DNA of 64,000 bases, taken from assembly GCA_963835065.1 (NCBI GenBank), contig CAWIEK010000002.1:32001-96000 (forward strand), in the 5' to 3' direction. The notes under the pieces are model-generated. The model ran no database searches, was not told where the DNA came from, and was given only the letters and a program-made list of their open reading frames with translations. Both the position numbers and the translations under genes were made by a program. The DNA is from an uncultured Chthonomonadaceae bacterium (GTDB lineage: Bacteria; Armatimonadota; Chthonomonadetes; Chthonomonadales; Chthonomonadaceae). Below, piece after piece: positions 18,088 through 29,158 of the stretch; the first letter of the stretch is position 1, and every line of letters begins with the position of its first letter.

Positions 18088-20169
18088 ATGCCGATGCGTA
18101 ACTTTCTGTTGGTAGCCTGCCTGCTGATACTGTGTTCACGAGTGATAGCCGACCCTATCCATGACGCGGCGGCGAACGGCGATGTGGCCGGTGTACAGCG
18201 TTTGCTCACCTCTGATACGAAGTTGGTCAATGCCCGCGCTGCGAATGGAGCCACGCCGTTGCTGTGGGCGTGTATTCGCGGGCAGTTGGAAGTGGCGCGT
18301 TTGCTTGTGGAGCGGGGCGCGGATGTGAATCTGGCGCAGGGAGATGGCTGGACGCCCCTTCACGCGGCGGTATGTGATGGCAACGACGCCGCGCACATTG
18401 GCATTACGCGCCTGCTACTGGAACATGGCGCGAAACTGGAAGCGCGAAATGGAATAGGCTGGACGGCGCTTCATGCCGCCGCGCTCAAAGGTAATACCGC
18501 TACTATGGGCGTCCTGCTGGAACAGAAAGCCGATGTTGGCGCGAAGGACAATACGGGCGGAACAGCCCTGCACATAGCGGCGGAACAGGGACGCATCGAA
18601 GCCGTTGCCCTGTTGCTGGACAAAGGCGCGGACGCGGGAGTAAAAGACAAAACGGGCAAATCCCCTGCGGAACGCGCGCTTGCCAATGCCTACGTGCCTG
18701 TCGTGGAACGTCTGCTCGCGTCCAAACAAGTCAGCCTGCAAATAGAGAACGTGGCCTTTGCGGACGCTTTGCATCAGGTGTTTGCGGCGGCTGGCATGAC
18801 GCAGGGCGTGAAGTCCGACATTGCGGTTGCCGTAAGTTTGCATTTGGACAATGTGCCCTTTCCGGTTGCCCTCCGAGCCGTGCTGCAAGCGGCAGGAGGC
18901 CGGGACGCGCTGACATTTGCAGGCGGGAATGGCGCATTGCGGGTGACGCGAACGGAAACAGAGCAAACCCCGGAAGCGGTTGCCGAACCCGTTGTTACCG
19001 CCGACCCGCGCTATCGCTTTTACAAGACGATTTCGCTGTCGGTTCTCAACAACTATCTGGCGCGAAGCGTGACGCATTTGGGGCTGTGTTCCAGTTGGCC
19101 GGAGCCGGCGAGCAGTACGCTGGACGATGATATTCGGATGCTGGTCAACATCGGCGCGAAATTTGTGGGCGAGGCGTCGTATGCATGGGGAGCGCCGCAG
19201 GACAACGAGGGACATTTTCGCCGCGCAAAGGAAGCCGCAATGCGCGTCCACAAAGCCGACCCCGAAATCGTCTTGCAGGCGTGTGTTTTCGAGGCAATTT
19301 ACAAGGCGCATGTGGAGCAAATCGCTGTTCCCGGCTGGCTGTTTCAGGAGTTTGGGCTGCCGGTTACAAAGCGCAATTTCGACTATACCGCCATGCTTTA
19401 CGACAACGGGGAACTGCGCAATCACTGGACGCAGGACAGTTCCGTACCCGATATGAGCAAGCTGGAAACCCGGATGTTCTTCACCTACTGCGCCTGCCGC
19501 TACATTGACGCCGGTTTTGAAGCAATCCATTTCGGGCAGGTGCATCTCATGGATCACAAAGACCCGGAGCATCGCTGCTGGCTGGGCATGCTCACGCGGG
19601 TACGGAAATACGCGGCGCAAAAAGCAAGACGCAGGTTTGTCTTATGCGACGTGAACACGCATGGCGTCGTATGCAACGGACGGCTGCTCTTCGACTTTCA
19701 TTCCTATCCCCTGCGCATGAAAGAAGTGAAAGGAACGCCGCAGCAGGCGCAATTGGCGGTGGGATACGGCGACAGTTTGTATTATCAGAGCGCGGGTGGC
19801 ATTGCGCCGAGCGGATGGGCTTGCAATCAGCTTCCCTACATGGTAGGATTTGATAACACCGGCACAAGCGGCAAGCCCGGACAGCCGGGACAGGGCATTC
19901 CCTGGGTGTGGGGCTACGATGAAATCAGTTGGTTTGCGCATCAAAGCGAACCGTACCGCAACAGTTGGCTGCCGTATGCCTTGAAATGGGTAGCTGCGCT
20001 GCATCAAAACGGCTGGGTGCAGATGCCCACGCGCAAAGTGCTGGCCGAGCCGGTAAACGGCGTTGCCATGTATCAGGCGAACACGAGAAGCAAAGCCTGT
20101 CCCAATGGCTTCAGTCAGGAAGAAACCATCAAAGCAATCTGGGCAACTAGTATTCCGGCGCGTCCCTGA
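18088..20169 (+). CDS. Secreted ankyrin-repeat / STN-like / uncharacterised catalytic-domain fusion
   Basis: Signal peptide; ~5 ankyrin repeats (GATPLLWA, GWTPLHAA, GGTALHIA); VSLHLDNVPF.VAL secretin-N-like segment; ~380-aa aromatic-rich C-terminal domain. Confidence 0.7.
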   Translation: MPMRNFLLVACLLILCSRVIADPIHDAAANGDVAGVQRLLTSDTKLVNARAANGATPLLWACIRGQLEVARLLVERGADVNLAQGDGWTPLHAAVCDGNDAAHIGITRLLLEHGAKLEARNGIGWTALHAAALKGNTATMGVLLEQKADVGAKDNTGGTALHIAAEQGRIEAVALLLDKGADAGVKDKTGKSPAERALANAYVPVVERLLASKQVSLQIENVAFADALHQVFAAAGMTQGVKSDIAVAVSLHLDNVPFPVALRAVLQAAGGRDALTFAGGNGALRVTRTETEQTPEAVAEPVVTADPRYRFYKTISLSVLNNYLARSVTHLGLCSSWPEPASSTLDDDIRMLVNIGAKFVGEASYAWGAPQDNEGHFRRAKEAAMRVHKADPEIVLQACVFEAIYKAHVEQIAVPGWLFQEFGLPVTKRNFDYTAMLYDNGELRNHWTQDSSVPDMSKLETRMFFTYCACRYIDAGFEAIHFGQVHLMDHKDPEHRCWLGMLTRVRKYAAQKARRRFVLCDVNTHGVVCNGRLLFDFHSYPLRMKEVKGTPQQAQLAVGYGDSLYYQSAGGIAPSGWACNQLPYMVGFDNTGTSGKPGQPGQGIPWVWGYDEISWFAHQSEPYRNSWLPYALKWVAALHQNGWVQMPTRKVLAEPVNGVAMYQANTRSKACPNGFSQEETIKAIWATSIPARP

Positions 20170-20272
20170 CACCTCTTTACAATAACATCTCAATGATTGC
20201 GGCAGCAACCCGCATTTGTACGCAGCATGAGGGCGCAATCGCGCCCCATCAGCAATACAGGAGACAGGCATC

Positions 20273-22532
20273 ATGGCGGATATACCGCAGCAAGGTTTTG
20301 GATTGGGCGGCATCCAACCGCGCCGCAGCAGTGGCGGCGGGTGTGGAAGCGGGTGCGGCTGTGGCAGCGGCGGTGGCGGATGTGGCAGTAACACACAGGG
20401 AAAAGGGAAAAGGGAAAAGGGAAAAGATTCCCCCTCCCTTATCCGCATGGCTGATATTGAGGGGGTTTTACCAGCCACCAGTCACCAGCCGCCAATCACC
20501 AACATCAAACTCGCGGCGGAAACCATCGGGGCGGGCGAAGTGGCGGCGAGTGGCGGCGGGGCGGCGTATTCGCGGTTTTCCGCCGAGCAGAAGCGGAAGA
20601 TGCGGGCGGAACCGGGCAACAAGGCCGCGCATAACATCGTGCGCGTTCGGCGGGCGACGCAGATATTTTTGTTCGGGCTGTTCGTTGTGTTCTTCTTCCT
20701 GACGACTGCCAACAGCCAGATGATGTGGGGCGTCCCGAAGAACCTGTTCATGACGATGGACTTTCTGAACACGCTCAAGAACGGGATCGCCGCGCATAAG
20801 TTCGCCGTGTACGCAATTGGGCCGGGACTGTTCATTTTGTTCCTGACGCTGTGGGGCGGGCGTATTTTCTGCGGCTGGATTTGCCCGCTTGGAACGGCTA
20901 TTGACATCGGCGACACCTTGCTGTACCGCAAGGGCAAGTTGTTCTATTCCAAAAAGCGCAGCGACACCCGCCGCTACCGCAACTGGAAGTACATTTATCT
21001 GCTCGTCGGGCTGGGCGCGTTGGTTTTCAGCGTGGACATTTTGACGTTCGGCGACCCGATTTCTTTGATTACGCGCACCTTCACGTTCTGCTTCTACGCG
21101 CCCGTCGCGTATATCTGGAACGGCCTGCTGAACGTTGTTTCTGCCATCCCTGCCGGGCATACGGCAAACGGCGACATCAAGCACCTGAGCAGCACGATCT
21201 ATGATATGGGCGGCAACATAGACGGCCTGCACATGCAGAACATGCACTTTTGGAACGGCGTACCCGTGCTGCTGATGTTCGTCGGCATCATCGCCCTGTC
21301 GGGCTATCAGGAGCGGTTCTGGTGCCGTAACCTGTGTCCGTATGGCGGCCTGCTCGCCCTGATTTCCCGCGTGTCGTGGCTGCGGCACTACATCAAGATG
21401 GACGGCTGCATCCACTGCAAAAAGTGCGAAATTCAGTCCCGCATGGGCTGCTACGACAATCTGGACAAGAACGCCAAGCAGGAAGCCATGCACAGCATCA
21501 GCGAGTGTATCCAGTGCTTCCGGTGCGAGACCATCTGCCCCACCGACGTGATTCAAATCCAGGCCAAAGTGCCGGCAAGCATCAAGGAAGCGCTGGGAGC
21601 GGCCAAGCGGGGAACCGCGCCCCGTCCCGAACCGCAAACCGAAATTGACTTGGGCAAGCGCCGGGTTGTGGCGGCAGTGGGCGCGGGCATGTTGTGGGGA
21701 ACCGCAACCAAAGCCAGCGCCAGCGAGTATCAGGGCACGATGCGGCGCTACAACAAAAACCGCCGCGCCATGCGCCCGCCCGGAGCCTTGCCGGAAGATG
21801 CGTTTTTGGCCGCGTGTACGCGCTGCGCCGAGTGCATGAAAGTATGCCCGACGAACGCGCTCCAGCCCGCAACCTTTGAAACAGGCTTGCAGGGACTTGT
21901 GGACTCCGCTTCTGGTTCCGTCCAGCGGGCCGTGCGCGGAAAAGTGTACCAGTTGCGGCGATGTGTGCCCGACCGGCGCGCTGCGTCCGTTTACGTGGCA
22001 GGACAAGCGCTACAAACTGAAAATGGGACTGGCGAACGTGGATCGGTCAACGTGCGTGGCCTACAACGGCGGGCGCGACTGCATCGTGTGCGCCGAAGTG
22101 TGCCCGTATTCCGCCGTGATCTTCAAGGATACGTTCGACGATACGCTGCCCAAAGACCCGACGCTTGCCATTGACCACAAGGACGAAACCGGCAAGGAAA
22201 CCAACCGGGGGAGGATGAAGCGCGTTCCGACCGTTGATGAAAAACTGTGTACGGGTTGCGGCCTATGCGAGTACCACTGCCCCGTCCTGCCGGATCACTC
22301 CATCGTGGTCTACACGTTCCAGGAGGATAGGGTGTACAACGAGCCGAAGGAGCGCCCGCTCGACGGCTTCCTGCGCAGCGGTTGGGAAGGCCGCAAAGAA
22401 TCGGGCAAGGATCAGGAATACGCGGCAACGGTAGAGCAGTTCAACAAAATCACCGGCATGAACAGTTCGCCAAGCCCCGGCACGGGTGGCGGCGGCACAT
22501 CCTACAACCCCAACCCGACCCCCGGCCAATAA
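20273..22532 (+). CDS. Membrane 4Fe-4S polyferredoxin (NapH/MauN + NapG/MauM-like fusion), frameshift near 21895
   Basis: GRIFCGWICPLG, RFWCRNLCPYG, CIHCKKC, MRPPGALPE..F..CTRCAECMKVCP. Continues in ORF 21876-22532 with further CxxCxxxCP motifs. Confidence 0.88.
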
Positions 22533-22628
22533 CTTGCTTAATCCATACTCAAGATAACGCCCAACACGGCTGCACGTTGTGTTGGGCGCGGCTTGTTTAT
22601 GGACGAACAGTAGACTTGGAGCAAACAC

Positions 22629-22850
22629 ATGTACGAAGAAATTACAAAACAAATCAAGTTGGCAGAACTACAAGGCCAGAAAATAGCAATGTTTCATCTG
22701 CAAGTTCTGAAAAACGCGGAGCAGCTCGACGGGGTAGATGCAGTTGAATTTTGCCGAAAAGTAGGTATGAAGGATAGTTTTGCAACTGAGTATCGAAAGA
22801 TGGTAAGCCTTGCAAAGCTGATGAAGCAACAAGGTATACAATTGACCTGA
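22629..22850 (+). CDS. Small HTH-like protein
   Basis: 73 aa, KIAMFHLQVLKNA...GMKDSFATEYRKM; GGAG SD; AT-richer than its flanks. Confidence 0.6.
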   Translation: MYEEITKQIKLAELQGQKIAMFHLQVLKNAEQLDGVDAVEFCRKVGMKDSFATEYRKMVSLAKLMKQQGIQLT

Positions 22851-22920
22851 GTGCATACTTTTCAATGCTCGACAACAAGGTGGCAGGGGATAACTCTACA
22901 TAACTCGCGAGGAAATTGAT

Positions 22921-23337
22921 TTGCCTGCAAAAGACGTTTACCACGAAACTGTAAAGAACGCCCTTGTCAAAGACGGATGGGTGATTACGCGCGACCCATT
23001 ATCCTTTCGGGTGGGCAAACGGGATATGCACATTGATCTTGGCGCAGAGGAACTGGTCAGCGCAGATAAAGAAGGACGCAAAATCGCTGTAGAAATCAAA
23101 AGTTTCTCCGGCGCTTCTCTGATGCGCGAGTTAGAGCAGGCGATGGGACAGTATACGTTGTATAAATCAGTGTTGGCGCGGCGCGAACCTGAGCGCGTCC
23201 TGTATATAGCCATCCGGCGGGAAGTGTATGAGGAAGCATTTGCGGATGAACTCGGTACGATCCTGCAAGCGGATTACAATTTGAGGTTGATTATATTCGA
23301 CGCCACAGAGGAGACCATAACTCAATGGATACCCTGA
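22921..23337 (+). CDS. xisH: XisH family protein
   Basis: MPAKDVYHETVKNALVKDGW.IT.DP, IDLGAE, IAVEIKSF and AMGQY..Y motifs. Confidence 0.92.
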   Translation: MPAKDVYHETVKNALVKDGWVITRDPLSFRVGKRDMHIDLGAEELVSADKEGRKIAVEIKSFSGASLMRELEQAMGQYTLYKSVLARREPERVLYIAIRREVYEEAFADELGTILQADYNLRLIIFDATEETITQWIP

Positions 23338-23666
23338 ATGAGTACCGCTGTACAATAAAACGAATTTTGCGTGAGTACGCTGCCATTCCTTACGCCTATG
23401 ATGATGTAAAGCGGCTAACCGTGTTCGACGATGAAAATGGACATTACATGATTGTATTGGACGGATGGGAACACAGTGGCAAGCGCCGCGTACACGGCGC
23501 ATTGGTGCATCTGGACATTATAGACGGCAAAATATGGGTTCAGCGGGACGGCACGGAGTACGGCATGGCTCAGGAACTTGTAGACGCGGGTATCCCTAAA
23601 AATCAGATTGTGCTTGGGTTCCAGCCATCTTACATGCGTCCGCACACGGAGTTTGCCGTCGCCTGA
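23325..23666 (+). CDS. xisI: XisI family protein
   Basis: RVHGALVHLDIIDGKIWVQRDGTE.G.A.ELV.AGIPK..IVLGF; overlaps xisH. Confidence 0.92.
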   Translation: MDTLNEYRCTIKRILREYAAIPYAYDDVKRLTVFDDENGHYMIVLDGWEHSGKRRVHGALVHLDIIDGKIWVQRDGTEYGMAQELVDAGIPKNQIVLGFQPSYMRPHTEFAVA

Positions 23667-23679
23667 TCCCTTCAAGGCA

Positions 23680-23707
23680 GGTGTTCGGTGTTCAGGTGTT
23701 CAGGTGT
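23680..23707. repeat. GGTGTTC(A) short tandem repeat
   Basis: GGTGTTC GGTGTTCA GGTGTTCA GGTGT immediately after xisI. Confidence 0.8.
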
Positions 23708-23765
23708 ACGGGTATGTCAAGCGATCTTTCACGATTTCTCAATACCAAAATAGGAAAGAAGCAGC

Positions 23766-24709
23766 ATGGCGACAATTCGGGAGGAAGGCAAACGACTGCT
23801 GATTGAGACGACGCATTTTCAAGCAGCCATACAAACCGAAGGCTACGTCAGCGGCGTGGCGGAAGGCAGCTTTGTGGATCGCAAAACAGGGGCGCGCGAT
23901 CCCGGTTACGGCCTGCTGATTGCCGATTTTCTGCTGTCTCCCGGTCAGGACGCGCCGGATACGCCGCCCGAACGCCGCTATCGTTTACGGTGACGGCTAT
24001 CACGGCAACATTCCCAAACACTATGTCGCGTTGCCGCAAATCTGTACGCAGGCCAAAACGCTGCCGCATGAGATTACGCAAGGGGCTGGATTTTGTTGCC
24101 GTCCGGCAATGGCATACGTGGGATGTAGCCTGCCCGCCCTATCAGGCCGGCTCCAAATGGGAACAAACGCTGCTGTTTCCCGATGGCAAGCGTTGGTTTT
24201 TGGGGTGGGATCGCTTTGCCTGCGCGGATGATGCCGAACGGGTGATGATGCGGATAGATATGCCGGGGCACATCAAGCATCGGGGCGGCGATGTGTTCAA
24301 GCAAGTCTATCTGAGTTATCACGGCGCAATTCCGCAGTACGCTTTTCATCAGAACTTCGCGCCGGATACCCATTACCTGTATCAGCGCAATGACAGGCAT
24401 GTTCCCAAACGCTTTATTCGCGCCTATCAACTCGAAAATGGCGTGTGGCTGGCGGGAATGGCGCTCGATCCCGCTGCCGTTTTCGAAGCGTGGTGTCATC
24501 AGCGCGATTACGTGTGCTTTATCGAGGAGTTCGGCGGGCAAAATGTAAAAGCGGGAGAATGGATTGGAGCCGTACATCTGGTAGGATATTTCGACAGCAT
24601 TGCCGAAATGGAACACACGTATGACGCTTACAGGAGCGCAGCCGGTATGCAAATCAACTCGCAAGGCTGGTCCCTAACAATATCTGCACCGTCTACAGCC
24701 TCAAAATAA
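23766..24709 (+). CDS. Conserved hypothetical protein, two frameshifts (~23988, ~24090)
   Basis: Three consecutive frames join into one plausible protein: ...GYVSGVAEGSF... / YHGNIPKHYVALPQICTQA / DFVAVRQW...RIDMPGHIKH... Confidence 0.65.
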
Positions 24710-24733
24710 ACGGCTCATTCAAAGGAGAATGAC

Positions 24734-25507
24734 ATGCGGCCTTGTTACACATGCGGCGCACCGAACCCGGACGATAAAACGGCCTGCTACTCATGCGGGC
24801 AATCGCTTGTTTCGCCCTCACCTGCGCCGGGACAAGTTCCTCCTGCCGCCAATCCTTACCCGCAACAACACGCTCCACAGCAGCCTTATCCTCCGCAGCC
24901 CTACGCGCCGCAGCAACATGCGCCGCAACAGTATCAGCCTCAACAGCCTGCGCAACAGTATCCTCCACAAGCGTATGCGCCACAAGCGCCCATGCCCCCC
25001 ATGCCGCAGGGATACGCGCCACAACAGCCATATCCGCCACAACCCGGCGCTGCGCCATACGCGCAAGCGCAGTACCCTGCGCAGCCGCATATTCAGCCGA
25101 ACTATCCGCCACAGGCTTACGGACAGCCGCCCTATCCGCCGGGCTATGCGCAGCCGTTTGCGCCCGGCATGGCTCCACAACAGATGGCTGCCGCGCCGCC
25201 GGGGTTCAATCCGGCGGAACAGGTACGGGCGGCGCAAATCAAAACGGAGTATCGCGCCATTACCCGACGCTTGCTGTTGACTGTACTGGTGACAATCGTT
25301 GCCGGGACCGCTATCGCCTACGGCTTGAAAGGGCATCAAGCCGTACTCGGCATCCCGACCATGTTCTGGTGCTGCGCCCCCGTTCTTGGCATGATGGCGT
25401 ATGCTGTCGCTATCTGCCGCTGCCCCGGCTGCAAAGCCTCCCTGATGATGCGCAACGACGTCAACGAAACGGGACAATGCCCCTTCTGCGACGCGCAGTT
25501 GAAGTAG
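24734..25507 (+). CDS. Zinc-ribbon / Pro-Gln-rich / 2TM / zinc-ribbon membrane protein
   Basis: N-terminal CYTC..CYSC, PQQPY repeats, two hydrophobic segments, C-terminal CPGC..CPFC; AAGGAG SD. Confidence 0.75.
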   Translation: MRPCYTCGAPNPDDKTACYSCGQSLVSPSPAPGQVPPAANPYPQQHAPQQPYPPQPYAPQQHAPQQYQPQQPAQQYPPQAYAPQAPMPPMPQGYAPQQPYPPQPGAAPYAQAQYPAQPHIQPNYPPQAYGQPPYPPGYAQPFAPGMAPQQMAAAPPGFNPAEQVRAAQIKTEYRAITRRLLLTVLVTIVAGTAIAYGLKGHQAVLGIPTMFWCCAPVLGMMAYAVAICRCPGCKASLMMRNDVNETGQCPFCDAQLK

Positions 25508-25615
25508 GAGCGCAGCCATGCTGTAAACATCGTTCGTTGCGGCCTGTAAATGTTCCGTATCATACAAGCGCTGAAGACTGCCGGAGGCAGAGTGGCCTCT
25601 GAAGGAGTTGTTGTT

Positions 25616-26695
25616 ATGAGAACCACGCGAAAAATCAGCCGGGGCGTTTTCTGCGTACTGCTGACGCTTTTCAGTTTAGGTGCCCTTCTGCTGCTGTGGC
25701 CCCACGAGTCGCTGATGCGGCAGGCAACGCGAATTGCCGGGTGGCAGCCGCGTCAGGAGGCCGCATGGCAGAATGACGACTCGTACTGGTGGCTTTCCGA
25801 TCATGAAATACTGTTCCTGTCCATACAAAGGGCAAGCGAGAACCTGGGAGACTATACGGCGGTTCGCTATGACACGCGAACCGGTATCCAAACGGATCTC
25901 ACCGCGCTGGAACAAACCCTGTTCGCGCACCGGTGTAACATGCACACGTCCGCCTGGCAGGTATCGCCGGATGGCAAATATCTGCTCTGGAACGGCTCAG
26001 ATACGATTGCCGGAACCGACCCGGCAACGCAGCAGCCGGCACTGCTGCTAAAAGAGCGTTGGTACGTCACGTCACTGGATGGTAAACAGACGCAGACGTG
26101 GCCGCGAGTGACAAGCGACCATCCCTGCGCGTTCTGGCTGTCTGACAGCCACCAATGGGTCGAGTGGCACGATCACTACAGCAACAATGGCGCTCAATTG
26201 CGCATGGAAATCCATACAATAGGCAAGGACGCCGTGACATTTCTTAACTCCGCTCTGGATCCACGGAGCTACATGCCGATTGGACTGACGGGGCCGGAAA
26301 ATGGCTTATGCGTTTCTCCCCGTGTCGGGGATGGCGACGTGACGCTGGTACGGTGGGCTATGACGCCCGGTTTTGTTTCTCATTCGGGCACATTCCTGCC
26401 CACGCCCGGTAAAACCGGCCCTATAGAGGCCATCGTCTCGCCGCAAGGGGATCGCATAGCGTGGAAGTTCGGCGCGACGCCCGGCCCCCGGTTCCTGAGC
26501 GGCACACGTTTTATGCGGCATCTCCATCCTTCGGAAGCCGGATTATACGTCAGCCGGTCTGACGGCAGTGATATGCGACTGCTTGGCGCGTTCCACACGC
26601 CGCCCGATGAACTGATTCATCTGCGCTGGACGCCGGATGGCAGACGGCTGAGTTTCGCGTGTCGCGGCAGTCTGTACACCGTGCCTGCGCCTTGA
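25616..26695 (+). CDS. TolB/WD40-like beta-propeller membrane-anchored protein
   Basis: N-terminal TM; VSPDGKYLLW, VSPQGDRIAW and WTPDGRRLSF PD40-type repeats. Confidence 0.75.
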   Translation: MRTTRKISRGVFCVLLTLFSLGALLLLWPHESLMRQATRIAGWQPRQEAAWQNDDSYWWLSDHEILFLSIQRASENLGDYTAVRYDTRTGIQTDLTALEQTLFAHRCNMHTSAWQVSPDGKYLLWNGSDTIAGTDPATQQPALLLKERWYVTSLDGKQTQTWPRVTSDHPCAFWLSDSHQWVEWHDHYSNNGAQLRMEIHTIGKDAVTFLNSALDPRSYMPIGLTGPENGLCVSPRVGDGDVTLVRWAMTPGFVSHSGTFLPTPGKTGPIEAIVSPQGDRIAWKFGATPGPRFLSGTRFMRHLHPSEAGLYVSRSDGSDMRLLGAFHTPPDELIHLRWTPDGRRLSFACRGSLYTVPAP

Positions 26696-26748
26696 TAAAC
26701 TTGGCGCGAACTGTTTTGAGTAAGCATGAAGAAATGGAAGCGACCTCT

Positions 26749-27048
26749 ATGGCAAGCTCAAACTATGACCGCTTTCTTGCCGATGTGCTGCGTAAGGAGA
26801 AAGCGGCGTTTGGCTTTGCCGCCAACCCGGATTACCTCGCGCAATTGCCGGGCGAATTGGTATGGGTGCTGATACGCGCCCTTGTCCGCGAAAAGCAATT
26901 GACGCTCAATCAAGCGGCGCGCGTTGTTTTGGACTTCACGGAACGTAAAGGTAAACTCATCCCGTCTCTGTTGGGAGGGCGAAATCTTATTGTTGAGTTG
27001 GAAGTCGCTGAACAGGAAGATAAACAGTGTAACCGATTTCTACATTGA
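26749..27048 (+). CDS. Hypothetical protein
   Basis: 99-aa ORF co-oriented with its neighbours; no recognisable motif. Confidence 0.5.
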   Translation: MASSNYDRFLADVLRKEKAAFGFAANPDYLAQLPGELVWVLIRALVREKQLTLNQAARVVLDFTERKGKLIPSLLGGRNLIVELEVAEQEDKQCNRFLH

Positions 27049-27128
27049 TGCTGCCTGCTTGGTTCATCGTAGATAAAATTTGACTGCCTCATAATTGCAT
27101 TGACAACTTCAATGTTACGCGCCTGTAG

Positions 27129-27890
27129 ATGGGAGCATTTGTAATGTCAACCATGAAGTTCATCCTGCTGATGCTGTCGGGCGTAACGTGCCTGCCGCTT
27201 GCTTGCGCTCGCCCAAACCCCTCTCTGCTTCATCAACAAAACGCGATTGCTCTGGCGCAGAATCATCAATATACAGAAGCTGAAAACGAATTTCGGGCTG
27301 CGCTGCAAACTGCTCCTAATTCAGCACAATTGCATTTTGGCCTCGGAAACGCGCTGTATTGCCAAAAAAACTTTGAGGCGGCGGTGCTGGAGATACGAAA
27401 GTCCACAGAGTTGGAACCAAACACGCCATTTTTCCATGATAGCCTGGGAGATGCTTTATATGCCATGGGCGACACAGTTGCCGCAGAAAGTGAGTACGAA
27501 ACCGCAGCGCACTGCGATGCAAACTTTGCCGAAGCGCATAACCACATTGCTCAGGCAGCTATTCAGTTACAGCAGTATGACAAAGCCGTAATGGAAGCTC
27601 AAAAAGCAGTCGCGCTGAACCCGAATGAGGATGACTATCATTTCCATTTAGGTACAGCACTGACCTATACACGTCAGTACAAACAGGCCATTCCCGAATT
27701 ACAATCGGCTATCCGTCTCAACAAAAGAGACGATGCCGCGCTTTCCCATTACTTTCTCGGTAAGGCGTTTTATTATACCGGACAGAAGAAACAGGCGCGC
27801 GATCAGTGGGGAATTGCTGCATCAAGCGCATCAGGGCAGGCAGCAACACTTGCCCATCATGCCATGGAGGTGTACTTCCCTGAGCAGTGA
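27129..27890 (+). CDS. Secreted TPR protein
   Basis: Signal peptide followed by ~6 TPRs (HFGLGNALY, HDSLGDALY, HFHLGTAL). Confidence 0.85.
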   Translation: MGAFVMSTMKFILLMLSGVTCLPLACARPNPSLLHQQNAIALAQNHQYTEAENEFRAALQTAPNSAQLHFGLGNALYCQKNFEAAVLEIRKSTELEPNTPFFHDSLGDALYAMGDTVAAESEYETAAHCDANFAEAHNHIAQAAIQLQQYDKAVMEAQKAVALNPNEDDYHFHLGTALTYTRQYKQAIPELQSAIRLNKRDDAALSHYFLGKAFYYTGQKKQARDQWGIAASSASGQAATLAHHAMEVYFPEQ

Positions 27891-27955
27891 TGCAAGTTTC
27901 ATTGCAGTCGGCAATGCAGGGAGACAACTCCATGCCTATAGAAAGGTGAGTAAAA

Positions 27956-28945
27956 GTGGAGTATCGAAAGGTTGGGCGGACGGGCTTGAAAGTGTCGGAA
28001 CTGTGCTTGGGAACCATGCAGTTCGGATGGACGAGCGACGAGGCGACGAGTCGGCAGGTCATGGACACGTTTTGGGAAGCGGGCGGAAATTTCATTGATA
28101 CCGCCGACATCTACACGAACTGGGCGGGCGACGTTTCCTATGGCGGCAAGTCCGAAGAATTTATCGGGCGCTGGATCAAGGACAAGGGCATCCGGCGCGA
28201 CTGCATACTGGCAACCAAAGTGCGCGGGCGCATGTGGCCGGGTCCGAACGGCGAAGGACTGTCGCGCTCACACATCGTGCAGGCGTGTGAGGACAGCCTG
28301 CGGCGATTGCAAACCGATTATTTAGACTTGTACCAGTGCCATTGGGCGGATTTGAACACGCCCATTGAGGAAACCCTGACGGCGCTGGATGATCTGGTCA
28401 AAGCGGGCAAGGTGCGCTATCTGGGCGCGTCGAATTATCCCGCATGGCGGCTGATGGAAGCGGCAGGCGTGGCGGACAAACGGAATTTGGCGCGTTTCGA
28501 CTGCTATCAGCCGGAATACTCCCTCATGGAGCGGCAGTTGTTCGAGTACGAAGCCCTGCCGTTCTGCAAGCATTATGGCGTGGGCGTGATTCCCTACTCG
28601 CCGCTTGCCGGAGGCTTCCTGACCGGCAAATACCGCCGCGACACGCCCAAACCCGACAGCGTACGCGCCGGAGGCATTCTGGATAAGTACGGCAACGATC
28701 AGGGGTACGGCGTCATTGAAGCGCTGGAGGCCATCGGCAAGGAACACGACAAGACGGTCGCGCAAACCGCCCTTGCGTGGCAGTTGTCCAATCCGGTCAT
28801 CACGGCTCCCATCATCGGCGCGAACACGCCCGACCAATTGAAGGATCTGCTCGGCGTGTCCGGCTACCGCTTGTCAGCGGAAGAAGTAACGCGCCTCAAC
28901 GAAGCCACCAAATGGCCGCGCAACTGGCGTCCGATATGGGACTAA
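27956..28945 (+). CDS. Aldo/keto reductase
   Basis: [36 protein letters not shown] and [13 protein letters not shown] motifs. Confidence 0.95.
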   Translation: MEYRKVGRTGLKVSELCLGTMQFGWTSDEATSRQVMDTFWEAGGNFIDTADIYTNWAGDVSYGGKSEEFIGRWIKDKGIRRDCILATKVRGRMWPGPNGEGLSRSHIVQACEDSLRRLQTDYLDLYQCHWADLNTPIEETLTALDDLVKAGKVRYLGASNYPAWRLMEAAGVADKRNLARFDCYQPEYSLMERQLFEYEALPFCKHYGVGVIPYSPLAGGFLTGKYRRDTPKPDSVRAGGILDKYGNDQGYGVIEALEAIGKEHDKTVAQTALAWQLSNPVITAPIIGANTPDQLKDLLGVSGYRLSAEEVTRLNEATKWPRNWRPIWD

Positions 28946-29005
28946 ATAGTGGATAGTTCTTAGTTGATAGTTGATAGAGAGGAAGGAGAGGGTTGTGCCA
29001 TAAAT

Positions 29006-29156
29006 AGCTCCTCTCTCAGCGAGTAAGAAGCGGCCAGGAGGGGAGTAAGCGCGAACAGCCCCTCCCCGGCAACGCAGGAGCGGCCAGGAGAGGGGAACAC
29101 AACATAGCCCCTCTCCTAGCGAGGAACGAGCGGCCAGGAGAGGGGTTGGGGTGAGG
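29006..29156. repeat. Three tandem ~50-nt REP-like palindromic units
   Basis: Units AGCYCCTC..AGCGGCCAGGAG(A)GGGG start at 29006, 29057 and 29106, preceded by a TAGTTGA heptamer tract (~28948-28977). Confidence 0.8.
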
Positions 29157-29158
29157 TC

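Noticed and set aside
22772..22785. First 14 nt of CRISPR spacer 1 (GGATAGTTTTGCAA) match inside the small HTH gene, suggesting self-targeting
   Set aside because: Only 14 of 41 nt match, with no extension. The match is in the same sense as the mRNA, so a type III crRNA could not pair with it. A chance match of this length is plausible.
22921..23666. xisH/xisI as evidence of an fdxN-type excision element
   Set aside because: No XisF-like serine recombinase or interrupted target gene nearby; standalone XisH/XisI pairs are common.
24840..25200. 15-nt-period repeats as a non-coding array
   Set aside because: They encode the in-frame PQQPY/PQAYA linker of the zinc-ribbon membrane protein.
29006..29156. 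Three 50-nt units as a second CRISPR array
   Set aside because: The units are palindromic REP-like sequences with a short conserved core and no distinct spacer-length unique segments or leader.
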